This document shows, piece after piece, positions 61,216-64,000 of a stretch of DNA of 64,000 bases. Origin of the DNA: Gammaproteobacteria bacterium. GTDB lineage: Bacteria; Pseudomonadota; Gammaproteobacteria; Ga0077536. The notes beneath the pieces were generated by a model. The model saw nothing but the letters and a program-made list of their open reading frames with translations, made no database searches and was not told where the DNA came from. The stretch is from NCBI GenBank assembly GCA_963662545.2, contig CAXXLL010000002.1, positions 64,001-128,000 of the forward strand, read 5' to 3'. Each line of letters opens with the position of its first letter. The first letter of the stretch is position 1. Position numbers and translations under genes: made by a program.

Positions 61216-63147
61216 ATGGGCAAAATCATCGGTATTGATTTGGGTACGACCAATTCCTGCGTCGCGGTGCTCGAAGGCGGCAAACCCAAAGTCATAGAGA
61301 ATAGCGAAGGCGCGCGCACGACGCCCTCGGTCGTCGCTTTTGCCAGTGACGATCAGGTGCTGGTCGGGCAATCGGCCAAACGGCAGGCGGTTACGAATCC
61401 CACCGACACCCTGTTCGCGGTCAAGCGGCTGATCGGGCGCAAGTTCGACGACCAAGTCGTGAAGCGCGACATTGACATGGTGCCCTACAACATCGTCAAG
61501 GCAGATAACGGCGATGCCTGGGTCGAAGCCAAGGGCAATAAGATGGCGGCGCCGGAAATATCCGCGCGTGTCTTGATGAAGATGAAAAAGACCGCCGAGG
61601 ATTATCTGGGAGAAGAGATTTCAGAAGCGGTTATCACCGTGCCGGCCTACTTCAACGACTCCCAGCGGCAGGCAACCAAGGACGCCGGGCGTATCGCCGG
61701 ACTCGAAGTCAAACGCATCATCAACGAACCGACGGCCGCTGCGCTCGCCTACGGCATGGACAAGCAAGAAGGCGACGCCAAGATCGCGGTTTACGATCTG
61801 GGCGGAGGAACCTTCGACATCTCGATCATCGAGATCGCCGAGGTGGATGGCGAACACCAATTCGAAGTCTTGTCGACGAACGGCGATACCTTTCTGGGTG
61901 GTGAAGACTTCGATTTGCGCTTGATTGATTTCCTGGCGGACGAGTTCAAGAAGGATCAGGGCATCGATTTGCACAATGATCCCCTTGCGTTGCAACGGCT
62001 CAAGGAAGCCGCCGAGAAGGCTAAGATCGAACTGTCGTCGAGCCAGCAGACGGATGTGAACCTGCCGTACATCACGGCGGATGCCAGCGGGCCGAAGCAT
62101 TTAAACGTGAAGATCACGCGGGCCAAACTCGAGTCGCTGGTCGATGACATCATCGAGCGCACGATCGAACCCTGCCGCATTGCGCTGCAGGATGCGGGTA
62201 TGAGCGCTTCCGACATCAACGACGTCATCCTGGTCGGCGGCCAGACCCGCATGCCCAAGGTCCAGGAGGTGGTAAAGGACTTTTTCGGGCGCGAGCCGCG
62301 CAAGGACGTCAATGCCGATGAAGCCGTGGCCGTGGGCGCCGCCATCCAGGCCGGCGTACTCGGCGGCGACGTCAAGGATGTCCTATTGCTCGACGTGACG
62401 CCGTTGTCGCTGGGTATCGAAACCCTGGGTGGCGTGATGACGAAACTCATCGAAAAGAACACGACGATTCCGACCAAGGCCCAACAGGTGTTTTCCACGG
62501 CAGACGACAACCAGACGGCCGTCACGGTGCACGTTCTCCAGGGTGAGCGCGAACAGGCGATTGGCAACAAGTCGCTGGGCCGTTTCGATCTCGCCGACAT
62601 CCCGCCGGCCCCGCGCGGCGTGCCGCAGGTCGAGGTCGCTTTCGACATTGATGCGAACGGCATACTCAACGTTTCGGCGAAGGACAAGGCGACCGGGAAG
62701 GAGCAGTCGATCATCGTCAAAGCGTCCAGCGGTCTTTCGGACGATGAGGTCGATCGCATGGTCAAGGACGCCGAAGCGCACGCGGAAGAAGACCGCAAGT
62801 TCCATGAGCTGGTGAATGCGCGCAACCAGGCGGATACGCTGGTCCATGCGAGCAAGAAATCGATGGAGGAGCTGGGAGACAAAGTCGACGAAAGCGAACG
62901 GACGGAGATCGAGTCGGCTATTGAAACGCTCGAGAAAGCTATCGAGGGCGACGACATCGAGGACATTGCCGGTAAGACGCAACAACTCGGAGAACTCTCC
63001 GGTAAAATTGCGCAGAAGGCTTACGAAGCGCAACAGGCAGAAACCGACGGTGGTGCGGCCGCGGAAACCGTGTCGACCGCCGAGGAAAACGCCGATGATG
63101 GGAACGTCGTCGATGCGGATTTCGAGGAAGTCAAAGACGACAAGTAA
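61216..63147 (+). CDS. dnaK: chaperone DnaK
   Basis: [25 protein letters not shown] and LVGGQTRMP motifs; DADFEEV tail. Confidence 0.99.
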   Translation: MGKIIGIDLGTTNSCVAVLEGGKPKVIENSEGARTTPSVVAFASDDQVLVGQSAKRQAVTNPTDTLFAVKRLIGRKFDDQVVKRDIDMVPYNIVKADNGDAWVEAKGNKMAAPEISARVLMKMKKTAEDYLGEEISEAVITVPAYFNDSQRQATKDAGRIAGLEVKRIINEPTAAALAYGMDKQEGDAKIAVYDLGGGTFDISIIEIAEVDGEHQFEVLSTNGDTFLGGEDFDLRLIDFLADEFKKDQGIDLHNDPLALQRLKEAAEKAKIELSSSQQTDVNLPYITADASGPKHLNVKITRAKLESLVDDIIERTIEPCRIALQDAGMSASDINDVILVGGQTRMPKVQEVVKDFFGREPRKDVNADEAVAVGAAIQAGVLGGDVKDVLLLDVTPLSLGIETLGGVMTKLIEKNTTIPTKAQQVFSTADDNQTAVTVHVLQGEREQAIGNKSLGRFDLADIPPAPRGVPQVEVAFDIDANGILNVSAKDKATGKEQSIIVKASSGLSDDEVDRMVKDAEAHAEEDRKFHELVNARNQADTLVHASKKSMEELGDKVDESERTEIESAIETLEKAIEGDDIEDIAGKTQQLGELSGKIAQKAYEAQQAETDGGAAAETVSTAEENADDGNVVDADFEEVKDDK

Positions 63148-63216
63148 ACATTATCTACTTTTTGGATCGAATGGCCCGGTCAGGCTTCGTGCCTCGCCGG
63201 GCCTCGATGTTATTAC

Positions 63217-63380
63217 GGGAGCCTCTGAATAAGTCATGGCACATCTGCCTTGCCCATGAAATTGCGGAGCCTTAACTGACGAACCTTGCCCATAGTCCCC
63301 GCTATGGCCTGCGATTCGTGTCTTGATCTGCACCATTGCATGAACCATTCAGACGCGCCATGACTTATTCAGAGGTTCCT
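63217..63380. mobile_element. MITE C, copy 2, between dnaK and dnaJ
   Basis: Close match to 51605-51768 with the same TIRs. Confidence 0.8.
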
Positions 63381-63493
63381 GTACCTCTGAAAACGAAGGA
63401 ATATCGTTATAGACATCCAACCCCGATTCTCGCCACGAAAGTGAAAGCGCGCATCTTTCACTCGGACGAATACGGGACATCGGCATAATCGAC

Positions 63494-64000
63494 ATGGCTA
63501 AGCGTGACTATTACGAAGTTCTCGGCGTTGATCGCAACGCCAATGACGCCGACATCAAAAAGGCCTATCGCCGCCTGGCCATGAAGCACCACCCCGATCG
63601 AAATGAAGGTGACGCGAAAGCGGAGGATAAATTCAAGGAGGCCAAAGAGGCCTTTGAGATCCTGAGCGACGGGCAGAAGCGCTCGGCTTACGACCAGTTC
63701 GGCCATGCCGGAGTCGACACGTCCGCGGGGGGCGGCCCGGGCTTTGGCGGGGCTGCGGGCTTTGGTGATATTTTCGACACGGTCTTCGGTGATATTTTCG
63801 GCAGCAGCGGCCGTGCCGGTAACCGCGTCTATCGCGGCGCCGATCTGCGTTACGACCTCGAAATGTCGCTCGAGGACGCAGTCGCCGGCCGCGAGATTAA
63901 GATCCGGGTGCCGACCATGCTCAACTGTGATACGTGTCGCGGCAAAGGGAGCCGCAGCGGGCGTGCGCCGGACAATTGCGGAACTTGTGGGGGCGCCGGC
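63494..64000 (+). CDS. dnaJ: chaperone DnaJ, partial; runs off the window
   Basis: [15 protein letters not shown] motif, G/F-rich region, first CxxCxGxG repeats. Confidence 0.97.
   Translation, partial: MAKRDYYEVLGVDRNANDADIKKAYRRLAMKHHPDRNEGDAKAEDKFKEAKEAFEILSDGQKRSAYDQFGHAGVDTSAGGGPGFGGAAGFGDIFDTVFGDIFGSSGRAGNRVYRGADLRYDLEMSLEDAVAGREIKIRVPTMLNCDTCRGKGSRSGRAPDNCGTCGGAG

Noticed and set aside
61621-63033. Long antisense ORFs opposite dnaK, and similar ones opposite ppiB, hsdR, hrcA and the NSS transporter
   Set aside because: Expected from GC-rich codon bias; no RBS or recognisable domains.

Overview
Gammaproteobacterial chromosome segment, GC-rich core, possibly from a metagenome assembly. 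Core housekeeping genes flank a roughly 42.5 kb composite genomic island (about 8.7-51.2 kb). Left core: SRAP start, mtdA, nadC, alanine symporter, aspartic protease, egtD, ampD/ampE, lpxH, ppiB and tRNAs Pro-Arg-His-Lys. Right core: ssrA, smpB, an NSS transporter, ratA/ratB, bamE, fur, recN, nadK and hrcA-grpE-dnaK-dnaJ. The island is bounded by two inward-pointing P4-type integrases, one at tRNA-Lys(CTT) and one at tmRNA. It contains a third tyrosine recombinase, six full-length IS copies (ISL3, IS30, ISNCY, IS21, IS6, IS3), several MITEs, catabolic cargo (oxidase plus hydantoinase/oxoprolinase pair, NDH-2, CehA-like hydrolase), defence debris (type I RM, TIR-STAND, DUF499, N6-methylase, TPR) and a lambda-like cos/terS remnant. 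The most unusual signal is a family of imperfect ~28-bp hairpins (consensus about RYGTCCGCTT-N9-WGCGGACRT), partly arranged as ~146-bp triplets with 58-60-bp periodicity. They separate successive cargo genes from 10.9 to 27.4 kb like a non-integron cassette array, and four mobile-element insertions sit in their loops. Breaks in smpB and hrcA and a 54-bp duplication look like assembly artefacts.
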